Of a stretch of 64,000 bases of DNA, positions 33,639 through 42,899 are shown in pieces. The DNA comes from an uncultured bacterium. GTDB taxonomy: Bacteria > Armatimonadota > UBA5829. The notes below the pieces were generated by a model. It was not told where the DNA came from and did no database searches. It saw nothing but the letters and a program-made list of their open reading frames with translations. A program made the translations under genes and the position numbers. Location of the stretch: contig CALJES010000012.1 of NCBI GenBank assembly GCA_938074205.1, positions 342,840 through 406,839 on the forward strand, written 5' to 3'. Each line of letters begins with the position of its first letter. The stretch's first letter is position 1.

Positions 33639-34079
33639 ATGAGAAAAGTGACAAGATCAAAGCTTTTCGCAACTGGTTTGGCAGCTGCCTTGTTTGCGGC
33701 AAGTATGGCCAGCTTCGCGGGTTTGCCGGGCGACATACTGAAAGCCGGTGGAATTGCCTTTGTCGTGGACAAATTCGGTGACCAGATCAACAACTTCATC
33801 AACAAGCTGACAGCCAACAAGAACGTCGGCACTACCGAAGCGACAGCAGTTGTTCCCATACTTAGTTTGGGCAGTGGGGCGCATATTGGGGCTGCCCAAG
33901 TGATAGGGGCAAAGGAAAACGTCGAAAAGTGCAAAGCCGTTGTGCAGATTGAGGCCAACACGGTGATAGGCAGAAATCTCAGGGTGAGAGCACTTGTTCC
34001 AGTTGGTAGCAAGACAACGAGCAATATCAAGCGCATATACGGCGTCGGTGTAAGCGCGATAATCGATATCAAGATATAG
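33639..34079 (+). CDS. small secreted hypothetical protein
   Basis: 146 aa; signal peptide (LFATGLAAALFAASMASFAG); AGGGGG RBS; preferred over the Cys/Trp-rich antisense ORFs 33635-34072 and 33657-34154. Confidence 0.5.
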   Translation: MRKVTRSKLFATGLAAALFAASMASFAGLPGDILKAGGIAFVVDKFGDQINNFINKLTANKNVGTTEATAVVPILSLGSGAHIGAAQVIGAKENVEKCKAVVQIEANTVIGRNLRVRALVPVGSKTTSNIKRIYGVGVSAIIDIKI

Positions 34080-34893
34080 CTGCCAAGTAGGCTTGCCGCC
34101 AGAACTCAGCGGCCTTTCGGGCTTCCTGCCATCCTTGCTCGTTGTCAAGACCACACCACGCAGGAACTATCTCGATAGTAGATAGGCATCTGATGCGCAT
34201 CTGAACAAGTATTTCGGCAAGCGCAGACATATCGGCTGTACCCTTGAATAGCGGAGCATGCTGATCTCGCTCGCCGTTGTTATTGTGGATGTGCAGCTCG
34301 TTGACAGGAAGTGACAGGCGGCGAAAAAAGTCTTGTGCGGCTTCAACCGGAAAGGGAACATCCAGACCGTGCTGGCGCCGCAGTCTGATGTTCAGGTGCC
34401 CTAGGTCGATCAGTAGACCAAAATGTTCAAACTGCGCCAGATCCTCGCAAGCCGCGAGTTGGTCTTGCGTCACGGGCCAATCTTCGACCCCAACCTTGAC
34501 GCCGGTGCGTGCAGCACACGCAAGCATTTCCTTCAGAACATTCCTCATATGCGACGACAAGTATGCTCCGTTGCGGGTGCGAGCAGGATCGTAATGAATA
34601 CAGGCCAGGCGGCTAGTGCGTCCATGCCAGGCTAGAAACGCATTGAAGTCTTCCAAGAGCGACTCGGGCGGTATAGGGTCGAATCCAGACATCATACTGG
34701 CGTGAATTGTAACACCAAGAGAGGTCTGCAGGATTATATCTTCGACATCTTGGCACTCGCCGCGGCAGAGGCTAGCCGCGTCTTGGCCGATCAAACTCAC
34801 GAAATCGAATCCCTCCTCAGCGCAGTGCAGAATGCGTTGAGACAGTGTGCCCTGAGTGAAGTTCCATATTGCCAAACCTATTCCATTTTGCAT
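34069..34893 (-). CDS. sugar phosphate isomerase/epimerase (xylose isomerase-like TIM barrel)
   Basis: 274 aa; AP-endonuclease 2 / XylA-like TIM barrel pattern. Confidence 0.8.
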   Translation of the reverse strand: MQNGIGLAIWNFTQGTLSQRILHCAEEGFDFVSLIGQDAASLCRGECQDVEDIILQTSLGVTIHASMMSGFDPIPPESLLEDFNAFLAWHGRTSRLACIHYDPARTRNGAYLSSHMRNVLKEMLACAARTGVKVGVEDWPVTQDQLAACEDLAQFEHFGLLIDLGHLNIRLRRQHGLDVPFPVEAAQDFFRRLSLPVNELHIHNNNGERDQHAPLFKGTADMSALAEILVQMRIRCLSTIEIVPAWCGLDNEQGWQEARKAAEFWRQAYLAAIS

Positions 34894-34963
34894 ATTGTTA
34901 GAGTTCCTTCCATAAGTATCTCACACAAACAGCGTGCGATGTTTCATCTTTCGCTAAGTTGGT

Positions 34964-36022
34964 CTAAACTGCGCTCGAAGCGTTGCCCACGCTGTGCCTC
35001 TTTAGCTGGCCGCATGCTGCCGCAACCGTGTGGCCGCGCTCTGCGCGCTGAGTAACCTGCACCCCATGGCGTTCCAAAACTGCGCGAAAAGCGGCTATGG
35101 CACGCTCCGATGGACGTCTGAAGTCTTTTCCAAGTACTTCATTGAACGGGATCAGATTTACATGACAGAGGGCGCCTCTCACAAGCTTTGCCAGACGAGC
35201 CGCGTGGGACGGCGAATCGTTTACTCCTGCAAGCAGTAGGTACTCAAAGGTAATTCGGCGCTTCGTGTAGTCCGCGTAGTCTTTGCAGACGGAGAGCAGT
35301 TCTTCCAAGGGGTATTTTGCAGATAATGGTACAAGTCGCTTTCGAAGATCTTGCTCCGGCGCGTGGAGCGACACTGCTAGCGTCAACTGTAGTTTGAGGT
35401 CAGCCATCCTGCGAATTGCAGGTGTGATGCCGACAGTTGAAACAGTCATCCGCCTCATCGAAATGCCCACTTCATCGTGCAAAAGCTGAATAGCTTTGAG
35501 CAGATTGTCAAAATTCAGGAGCGGCTCGCCCATGCCCATGAATACGACGTGCGTAGCACGGTTTTCTTCGCTGAGTGTCAGCACTTGATCGACTATTTCC
35601 CCGGCGGTCAGGTTGCGCGCGAAACCTGTTGCGCCGGTGGCACAAAACACACATCCAACGGGGCAGCCCACCTGTGTCGACACGCACACGCTCACACGGT
35701 CCGGATACGGCAGCAGAACTGACTCGATTGTTTCCCCGTCCGCAAGCCGTAACAAGAATTTGGTTGTGCCATCCTCAGCCTTGTACTTGGTAACTATTTG
35801 GGAGCGTGTGAGAGAGATTGTATCCTTCAAGCGCTCACGCAGCGCTTTAGGCAGATTTGTCATTAAGTCGAAATCTCGAGCACCCTTGCGATACAACCAG
35901 TTGGCCAATTGCTTAGCTCTGTACCGCGGCTCGCCGAGTTCATCGCATAGCGTGGCGAGTTCTGACGATGTCAGTCCGAAGATCTCCTTTTGTCGATCCG
36001 AAGCCATCTCGACCTGATGCAA
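34964..36022 (-). CDS. rlmN: 23S rRNA (adenine2503-C2)/tRNA methyltransferase, radical SAM
   Basis: 352 aa; CxxxCxxC (GCPVGCVFCATG) radical-SAM motif and RlmN N-terminal RAKQLANWLY motif. Confidence 0.9.
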   Translation of the reverse strand: MHQVEMASDRQKEIFGLTSSELATLCDELGEPRYRAKQLANWLYRKGARDFDLMTNLPKALRERLKDTISLTRSQIVTKYKAEDGTTKFLLRLADGETIESVLLPYPDRVSVCVSTQVGCPVGCVFCATGATGFARNLTAGEIVDQVLTLSEENRATHVVFMGMGEPLLNFDNLLKAIQLLHDEVGISMRRMTVSTVGITPAIRRMADLKLQLTLAVSLHAPEQDLRKRLVPLSAKYPLEELLSVCKDYADYTKRRITFEYLLLAGVNDSPSHAARLAKLVRGALCHVNLIPFNEVLGKDFRRPSERAIAAFRAVLERHGVQVTQRAERGHTVAAACGQLKRHSVGNASSAV

Positions 36023-36025
36023 AGG

Positions 36026-37192
36026 TCACCCGCAAAAGCTCTTTGCAAGCCGTACCATCGTCTGATAGTTGATGAGCGTTCTCTGGCTGATGATGCGACC
36101 GTACGGAGCAGCTGTCGGCATCAGAACGAAGCCTCTGCCCTCACCGTCTGTTCCGTTGCGTAGAGTCTTCGCAACTAACTTTTCAAACTCATCGGGTGGT
36201 AACGTTTCGATGTCGGACACTTCTATATTCCCAAATAGAACTAGGTTACTTCCATACTGGCGGCGAACTTCCAACAATTCAACATCCCCCTGAGGCGGCG
36301 GCTCGATCGGGTCCAAACCAACGGCGCCCATTTCCATGATATAAGGCAGAACATTTCTTATGCGACCATGACAGTGAATGCGGGCGAACCCGCCGTATTT
36401 TTGAATCGCCTGGACTAGGAGTCCTGTGTATGGAACCACGTATTCACGAAACAGATTTGGTGGAAGGTAGGGTTCGGTTGCGTACTCAGGCCCACAAATG
36501 CGCCACAAACGACCTGGAAACTCAGATGCCACCTTCTCCACGCGCGGTAGGATGACGCGCGTGAACTTTTCCAACAGCTTGTGGAATAGATGCCTTTCTG
36601 TAAATGCTATTACAGTGTAATCTCCGAGGGAGAAAAGGCTGGCAGCGAGACATATCGGATCTGCAGTGTCGACCATTACTATGCCGCGGTCACCGAGTTC
36701 GGCTTCCACACCGAATAGGTTGGAAACGTCTGGTTCACGGATGAGCACATCGTCGGGAATCTCTAGGTACAGTTTCGCGTCTTCCGGAGTTTTCAATAGG
36801 TGCTCAATAGTCCAAACGGTGTGCACGTCCGGATCGCGCCTAGTAAGCGAGGTTAGCACTCTGCCACCGACGTGAACTGACGTGCGTGTGTAGAGAGAGC
36901 CGTTCTCGATCCAACTTTCCGTCTTGAAAAACTCCTCTATCTGCACTCCCGGCAGGGGGCTATAAGCCGGGGAGCACATACGGATTATGTCCGTCTCGTT
37001 CTCCGCGAGCTCTAGCAGCGGCCACCAACTGGGATGGTTGTAGATGTTGAAGGGGTCAGGGTTGTTAGGGTCTGCTTTCCAACCGCCTATTTCATAGAAA
37101 GACACCGGTGGTCGATCCACTGGCTCACCCCGCAGTGTCGCCACCAGCCTCTCGCGTCTGGTCATACCCTTAAATCTCCTTGTATTACACAA
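36026..37192 (-). CDS. uroporphyrinogen decarboxylase (URO-D) family protein, function unassigned
   Basis: 388 aa; URO-D/MtaA-like TIM-barrel; 3 nt from rlmN (operon). Confidence 0.7.
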   Translation of the reverse strand: MCNTRRFKGMTRRERLVATLRGEPVDRPPVSFYEIGGWKADPNNPDPFNIYNHPSWWPLLELAENETDIIRMCSPAYSPLPGVQIEEFFKTESWIENGSLYTRTSVHVGGRVLTSLTRRDPDVHTVWTIEHLLKTPEDAKLYLEIPDDVLIREPDVSNLFGVEAELGDRGIVMVDTADPICLAASLFSLGDYTVIAFTERHLFHKLLEKFTRVILPRVEKVASEFPGRLWRICGPEYATEPYLPPNLFREYVVPYTGLLVQAIQKYGGFARIHCHGRIRNVLPYIMEMGAVGLDPIEPPPQGDVELLEVRRQYGSNLVLFGNIEVSDIETLPPDEFEKLVAKTLRNGTDGEGRGFVLMPTAAPYGRIISQRTLINYQTMVRLAKSFCG

Positions 37193-37386
37193 TGCTCCTT
37201 ACGAAGTTCCTTGTGTGATTCCTGCGGATCTGAGAATCCGAAAACAATCGATTAGACAAACCGCTGCAGTCAGATTCACGCACTTGCGTCTGTAATGCCC
37301 ATTCGAGGCAGAAATGTGAGAAGCTTTTTTAGTACGTTTCGGCACGTTTCTTGCATACATGATAAGATGAAACCGGAGGTGCAAAA

Positions 37387-39111
37387 ATGCGGATTGTATA
37401 CTGCTTTCTGGTTGCTTTGACGGTACTTTCTCTTCTGGCACCCAGCCAGGCGATACTTGCGCAGTGCGACCCTGACTGGGCACGCGATCTATTTGCTACG
37501 GAGGGACTAGGCGGTACCACTTATGCTTATGCCAACTCGCTTTGTGTCTTTCGCGACCAAATGTACGTGGGGGGCACGTTTCTGGCGGCAGGAAATCTGT
37601 CTGTGAATTACATCGCCAGGTGGAACGGTTCGTCCTGGCAAGGAGTGGGTTCAGGAGTAAACGGATACGTGCAAGCTATGTGCGAGTATGATGGCGAGTT
37701 GTACGTGGGCGGGCATTTTACATCTGCGGGCGGTATAGAAGCCAACTTCATTGCAAAATGGGATGGTCAGAACTGGTCTCCTGTAGGTGTCGGCACGGAC
37801 GGGCCAGTTCTTGCTCTTTGTGTATACAATGGTGAGCTTTACGCAGGCGGTGCCTTCACGGCAGCAGGAGGAATTCCGGCGCTTCACATAGCAAAGTGGA
37901 ACGGCTCGTCATGGAACGCTGTCGGTAGTGGCCTTGATGGGGGAGCCTTTCCTTACGTGTTCGCGCTTTGCGTTTACAACGGAGAGCTGTATGCTGGAGG
38001 CGGATTCCAACGCGCAGGTAACGTGAACGTACCTTACGTAGCCAGGTGGAACGGTGAAGAGTGGCGAGCGCTCACATCCGGTGTGAACAACTTCGTCCAG
38101 AGCCTTTGCGTCTTCGATGGCAAGCTCTGTGCGGGCGGTGACTTTACCCTAGCCGGAGGCATGCCGGCCGCCAGAATCGCTTGCTGGGACGGTTCCTCGT
38201 GGCAATCGTTGGGCTCTGGCATGAACCAGTCTGTGCGAGCTTTGCTTGAGTTTGATGGTAAGCTCTATGCGGCAGGCGCATTCACCACAGCAGGTGGCGT
38301 ACAAGCAAGCAGGATAGCCGTATGGGATGGCAGCTCTTGGCAGTCGTTGGGCAATGGTATTGGTGGCGAATATCCCGTCGTCTATGCGTTGTGTGATTAC
38401 ACCGACGGAATAGGGCCTGGTAAAGCCCTGTATGTCGGCGGTTATTTTTCAAGCGCTGGTGGGTACGACTCGCTCTGCATAGCTCGTTGGGGTTGTGAAA
38501 GTGCTGTGATGACCATTCCGGAAGCAAAACTAAGCTTTGACAACCGACTTGTGACCCTAACGGGCGTTGTTTCAACCATGGCTGACCAACCAGTTTTCTA
38601 CGTGTCTGAGGTTACCGAAGGCATTCAAGTTTCCGGCATAAGGGTGGAGATGGAGGACAACAACCTGACCGCTGGACAGCGGGTGAACCTCATAGGGCGA
38701 CTCGCGACGAATTCTAATGGTGAACGATACATACGAGCATGGTCAGCCCAAGCGATAGAGCCGGCGACCGCAAGACCATTTTACCTGGTGGCGAAGAACT
38801 TGGGCGGTGGGCCATTTGGCTTCGCGGGTGGAGCCGGACAGGAAGGTGTTACAGGCGGAGTTGGATTGAACAACATTGGGCTTTTGGTGAAAGTATTCGG
38901 GCGGTTCACCTATGTGGACAGCAATACGTTTTTGCTCGATGACGGAAGTGCCCAGGTTAAGTGCGCAGTGACACCTGACATAACTATAGATCCATCCTGG
39001 CAGTACGTCGTGGTAACGGGCATCGTTTCATGCATACGAGACCAACAAGGGATCCATCCACAGTTGATCGTAAGCTCGGTCGAAGACATTTCTGCCTTGG
39101 ATCAGCGCTAG
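37387..39111 (+). CDS. secreted protein with ~7 tandem ~48-aa repeats (probable beta-propeller) and conserved C-terminal domain
   Basis: 574 aa; signal peptide; repeats of consensus LYxGGxFTxAGGxxAxxIAxWNGSSWxxxGSGxxGxVxALCxYxGE; C-terminal ~110 aa similar to C-terminus of the BNR protein at 53231-56755. Confidence 0.75.
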   Translation: MRIVYCFLVALTVLSLLAPSQAILAQCDPDWARDLFATEGLGGTTYAYANSLCVFRDQMYVGGTFLAAGNLSVNYIARWNGSSWQGVGSGVNGYVQAMCEYDGELYVGGHFTSAGGIEANFIAKWDGQNWSPVGVGTDGPVLALCVYNGELYAGGAFTAAGGIPALHIAKWNGSSWNAVGSGLDGGAFPYVFALCVYNGELYAGGGFQRAGNVNVPYVARWNGEEWRALTSGVNNFVQSLCVFDGKLCAGGDFTLAGGMPAARIACWDGSSWQSLGSGMNQSVRALLEFDGKLYAAGAFTTAGGVQASRIAVWDGSSWQSLGNGIGGEYPVVYALCDYTDGIGPGKALYVGGYFSSAGGYDSLCIARWGCESAVMTIPEAKLSFDNRLVTLTGVVSTMADQPVFYVSEVTEGIQVSGIRVEMEDNNLTAGQRVNLIGRLATNSNGERYIRAWSAQAIEPATARPFYLVAKNLGGGPFGFAGGAGQEGVTGGVGLNNIGLLVKVFGRFTYVDSNTFLLDDGSAQVKCAVTPDITIDPSWQYVVVTGIVSCIRDQQGIHPQLIVSSVEDISALDQR

Positions 39112-39143
39112 CTGATCAGTGTCATGGATGCGCCTTGAAGTGG

Positions 39144-40862
39144 TCAGTATTGGTCCTCTTCTAAGAATACCTTACGGCGGGCTTCATCTAACGTGGTGAC
39201 ACCAGCCAGAACTTTCTCGACCGCCGATTCACGCAGCGTTTTCATTCCGGAACGAATGGCAAGCTCGCGAACTTGATTCGCCGTGGGCATTTGTAGTGTT
39301 AGGCGTCTTATCTCTTCGGTAACACGCATGAGCTCTACGACTGCGGTGCGGCCAATAAAACCACCGCTGCAGTGTCCGCATCCGACAGCTTTGTAAAGCG
39401 TGACACCAGTGCGCTGCTCCGAAAATCCTAACACGGCCAGCTCGTCCGGGGTTGCCTCGTAAGCGACTTTGCAGCGAGGACACAATGTGCGCACCAGTCT
39501 TTGTGCGATTATCCCGATGACTGAAGAGCCTATTAGGAATGGTTCCACACCCATATCTGTAAGGCGCGTGATTGCAGAAGCTGCGTCATTGCAGTGAAGT
39601 GTTGAGAAAACAAGGTGCCCAGTCATTGCCGCCTGGAACGCGATTGTGGCGGTCTCTCTGTCCCTTATTTCGCCTACGAATATGACGTCAGGGTCCTGCC
39701 TAAGTATTGCTCGCAATTGAATGGGAAACGTAAGCCCAGTCTTTACATTAACTGCCGACTGGTTTATTCCATCCAATTCGTATTCTATTGGGTCTTCGAC
39801 AGTCATTATGTTAATTTCCGGCGATCGGATGCTGTCCAATGCGGAATATAGTGTGGTTGTCTTTCCACTACCCGTTGGTCCCGTAACCAAAATGATACCG
39901 TGAGGCCGCTTGATCAGGTACTTGAACGACTCTAGATCATCTGCGCTGAAGCCTAGTCTTTCAAGCGACAAGAGCACTCCCGATTTGTCAAGTATTCGCA
40001 CTACTACACGTTCGCCGTGCTGAACTGGCAGTGTGGAGATTCTAAGGTCGATATTTTTGTTGTTCAATTTTACGCTTATCCTGCCGTCTTGGGGAATGCG
40101 CTTCTCTGCTATGTCAAGGTCTGCCATGACCTTGATTCTGCTAACTACCGCGCCTTGCAGGTTTTTGGGTATATCGCGGACGTGCTGCAAAACTCCGTCA
40201 ACGCGATATCGAACCTCCATTCGGTCTGCCCTAGGTTCGAAATGGATATCGCTCGCGCGCTGCCTTATAGCCTCCTGAAGAACCAGGTTCACCGCTTTGA
40301 TGACGGGTGCCTCTTCGCTCTTACGCCGCTCCTCAGATATGTCCGGTGAGAGTTCCGGCTGATCTATCTCTACAGAAATTCCTTCGGAAGCTTGTTCTAT
40401 CGAGGTAGTTATGTCATCGGCAGTTGCAGCGCCGTACAAACGATCTATCAAGGTCTCTATCTGCGACCGGCTTGCCAGCAAAGGTTCTACTCGACGTTTG
40501 GAGACCCGCGTGACAGCGTCCATAGCTTCAACATCCATGGGATCAGCAGTAGCTATTGCGATGCGGTCTTCCGTCGCGTAGATGGGGACGACAGTATATG
40601 TGCGGGCAATACCCTCCGGAACCAATCGAACGACGTAGTCCGGAACTCTGATGTCGGCCAGGTCGACGGAGGGCATTTCCATCTGCAGTGCCCGTGCTTC
40701 TACGATATCTTCTTCAGAAACAAGGCCTGATTCGAGCAGTATCTCGCCCAATCTCTTGTAATTGAATTTCTGCTGTTCGAGCGCCCAATCCAACTGCTTT
40801 TCGGTTATTACACCAGCAGCAACTAGAACGTCGCCCAGCCGTGTCCTAAGCTGCGACTGCAT
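39144..40862 (-). CDS. type II secretion / type IV pilus assembly ATPase (GspE/PilB family)
   Basis: 572 aa; N-terminal GSPII_E_N domain, Walker A GPTGSGKTTT, Asp/His boxes, C-terminal CPRC...CGHC zinc motif. Confidence 0.9.
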   Translation of the reverse strand: MQSQLRTRLGDVLVAAGVITEKQLDWALEQQKFNYKRLGEILLESGLVSEEDIVEARALQMEMPSVDLADIRVPDYVVRLVPEGIARTYTVVPIYATEDRIAIATADPMDVEAMDAVTRVSKRRVEPLLASRSQIETLIDRLYGAATADDITTSIEQASEGISVEIDQPELSPDISEERRKSEEAPVIKAVNLVLQEAIRQRASDIHFEPRADRMEVRYRVDGVLQHVRDIPKNLQGAVVSRIKVMADLDIAEKRIPQDGRISVKLNNKNIDLRISTLPVQHGERVVVRILDKSGVLLSLERLGFSADDLESFKYLIKRPHGIILVTGPTGSGKTTTLYSALDSIRSPEINIMTVEDPIEYELDGINQSAVNVKTGLTFPIQLRAILRQDPDVIFVGEIRDRETATIAFQAAMTGHLVFSTLHCNDAASAITRLTDMGVEPFLIGSSVIGIIAQRLVRTLCPRCKVAYEATPDELAVLGFSEQRTGVTLYKAVGCGHCSGGFIGRTAVVELMRVTEEIRRLTLQMPTANQVRELAIRSGMKTLRESAVEKVLAGVTTLDEARRKVFLEEDQY

Positions 40863-41502
40863 TAGAAGTTCCCTCCACTATCTCGCTAATGCGCTCCGCT
40901 ATTCTCCACAGCGGCAAAATTTCCTGTACCAGACCTGCCTCGATAGCGGCCGAAGGCAAGCCGTGTACAACGCTAGTGGCTTGGTCTTGAGCAATAGTTA
41001 CTCCACCCGCCTCGTGAATTGCCCGCATGCCCTCGCGGCCGTCGGTCCCGACACCGGTCAATAAGACACCCACCGTACGCTTTCCGAAGACTTCCGCTGC
41101 GGAAGTCATAAGCTCGTCGATTCTGTTCCTTGGCGGTTCTGTGCTGCCACTTGCGTATTCTATATTGATACAATAGGCGGGAGTAGGCGCAAAACCGACT
41201 CTAGCTACGCTGACTTTCGCAGTTAAAGGGCATACCAGGATCCTAGAAGCGAGGAGCGCCTGACCATCCTCCGGTTCGAAAACCGGTAATCTGCATAACT
41301 TTTGTAGGTGTTTAACCAGCACTCGCGTGAAACCAGGTCTCATGTGCTGAGCCACAAGTATCGTCGCGGGAATAGTAACTGAAAACTGCGGAAGAATCTG
41401 CGACAAGGCTTGTGGCCCGCCGGCTGTTGCGCCAAATACGACAACCCAATCCGGTGCTTTCTGATTCAATCTTTGACCTGCTGAGTCATTTGTGTTCGCC
41501 AT
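40846..41502 (-). CDS. standalone CheB-type methylesterase domain protein (no receiver domain)
   Basis: 218 aa; aligns to CheB catalytic domain (GATAGG~GASTGG, AQHMRPGFT, LTGVGTDG, IAQDQATSVVHGLP); putative nucleophile Ser appears replaced by Thr; 17-nt overlap with gspE/pilB start. Confidence 0.7.
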   Translation of the reverse strand: MANTNDSAGQRLNQKAPDWVVVFGATAGGPQALSQILPQFSVTIPATILVAQHMRPGFTRVLVKHLQKLCRLPVFEPEDGQALLASRILVCPLTAKVSVARVGFAPTPAYCINIEYASGSTEPPRNRIDELMTSAAEVFGKRTVGVLLTGVGTDGREGMRAIHEAGGVTIAQDQATSVVHGLPSAAIEAGLVQEILPLWRIAERISEIVEGTSNAVAA

Positions 41503-41526
41503 CTTGGTCCCCCTTGCTTCCAGAGC

Positions 41527-42360
41527 CTACTGAGGCTCAACAGAAATCGAGCGGCCGTCAGTAACCATTTTGACTATGCCGTCGTTGTCAGTTCTGTACA
41601 CCCTCGCACCGGTATTATTCGCATCTATCCGTTCGAGGATAGAGCGACCGGGCTTCTTGTGCCCCCTGTTGACAAGCAACACAAAATACTTTGGTTTCGC
41701 CGCGACAATCAGCTCCAACGAAGTAGTTGAATACCGACCGTTTCGCCCTATAACCAAGATATCAGTGCTAACGTCCTGCCCAGATCGAATTAGGTAACCC
41801 TCATCTTCGATACCAGCGTCCGACATCAGCAAAAATCGACTTCTTCGATATTGCAAACGCGTTATCAACGGCCTTTCATCAGCATCGACCGCATCTCGCG
41901 GAGGCGACAACGCAGTAAGCCTAAGCTCGCCACCGAGTCGAAAGGAGTCTCCTCCAAATAGGAGCACCTCCGCAATGCTGCCACCAGGTCCGTGAATAGA
42001 TTCGGCCCATGGTGTGCCGGTGTGTATAACGCGGCGCACTTCGAAAGCCTCGAAAAGCCGCCGCAGAGTCTCTAAAATGGTTCCGTTGCCACGCGTTATT
42101 AGAACGTCGATCGACGAAATGTCGTTATACCGAAGATACTCTACAAGGGCATCGGCAGTATTTGGAGCGCCTGGGTCGATGACAAGTGCGCGTCCATCTG
42201 GCATCTTGAAAACTGTAGCGTTGCCAAAGTCCGCAGTTAGGAAACTTGCTATTACAACGGGACCTGCGGGTCTAGATACTCTCTTGCCCTGCCGGTTCAA
42301 AAGGAAAAACGCACCTGACGACAGGACTACTATGATGATTATCGGCAAGAGCTTACGCAT
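41527..42360 (-). CDS. membrane-anchored metallo-beta-lactamase-fold-like protein with degenerate metal-binding motif
   Basis: 277 aa; N-terminal signal anchor; ALVIDPG...IDVLITRGNGT resembles MBL/ComEC-C fold but lacks HxHxDH. Confidence 0.4.
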   Translation of the reverse strand: MRKLLPIIIIVVLSSGAFFLLNRQGKRVSRPAGPVVIASFLTADFGNATVFKMPDGRALVIDPGAPNTADALVEYLRYNDISSIDVLITRGNGTILETLRRLFEAFEVRRVIHTGTPWAESIHGPGGSIAEVLLFGGDSFRLGGELRLTALSPPRDAVDADERPLITRLQYRRSRFLLMSDAGIEDEGYLIRSGQDVSTDILVIGRNGRYSTTSLELIVAAKPKYFVLLVNRGHKKPGRSILERIDANNTGARVYRTDNDGIVKMVTDGRSISVEPQ

Positions 42361-42527
42361 TCTTTCCTCACGGGTAAATCATATTGGTGCAGGATGACTG
42401 AGTCAATGAGACACAGGGTTAAAAGCGCCTATAGTAGACAGTTTTGACAAAGGATTTAAGCCAAGATGTGCAGTAAGAACAAACGTGAAATCACAGGTCT
42501 AAGCAGCAGCTTTGAGGTACATCGTGC

Positions 42528-42899
42528 ATGTCCATCATAGGAATTGGCACAGACATAGTAGAGATCAGGCGAATAGAAGAGATTGTCAGGAAAACAGACC
42601 GATTCTGCAAGCGCATATTCACACCTTCTGAGATTGCTTACTGCGATTCGAAGGGCAAGTCTCGTTACGCTAGTTTGGCAGCAAGGTTCGCCGCCAAGGA
42701 GGCGGTGGCAAAAGCAATCGGGCAGCCTTTGCCGTGGCAAGATGTGGAAATATTTACTCAGCCGAATGGAAAACCAACCGTGAGACTACACGGTCGTGCC
42801 GAACAGCTAGCCGGAAAATCGAAAGTCCACATAAGTCTGGCGCACACAAGGAGCTATGCTCATGCAGTAGCAGTGGTGGAGGTTGATGAGAACCGATGA
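42528..42899 (+). CDS. acpS: holo-[acyl-carrier-protein] synthase
   Basis: 123 aa; IGIGTDIVEIRRI and KEAVAKA motifs of AcpS 4'-phosphopantetheinyl transferases. Confidence 0.9.
   Translation: MSIIGIGTDIVEIRRIEEIVRKTDRFCKRIFTPSEIAYCDSKGKSRYASLAARFAAKEAVAKAIGQPLPWQDVEIFTQPNGKPTVRLHGRAEQLAGKSKVHISLAHTRSYAHAVAVVEVDENR

Noticed and set aside
39112-39143. Terminator between the convergent repeat-protein gene and gspE/pilB
   Set aside because: Only 32 nt, no convincing GC-rich hairpin plus T-tract. Transcripts may terminate within the opposing genes.
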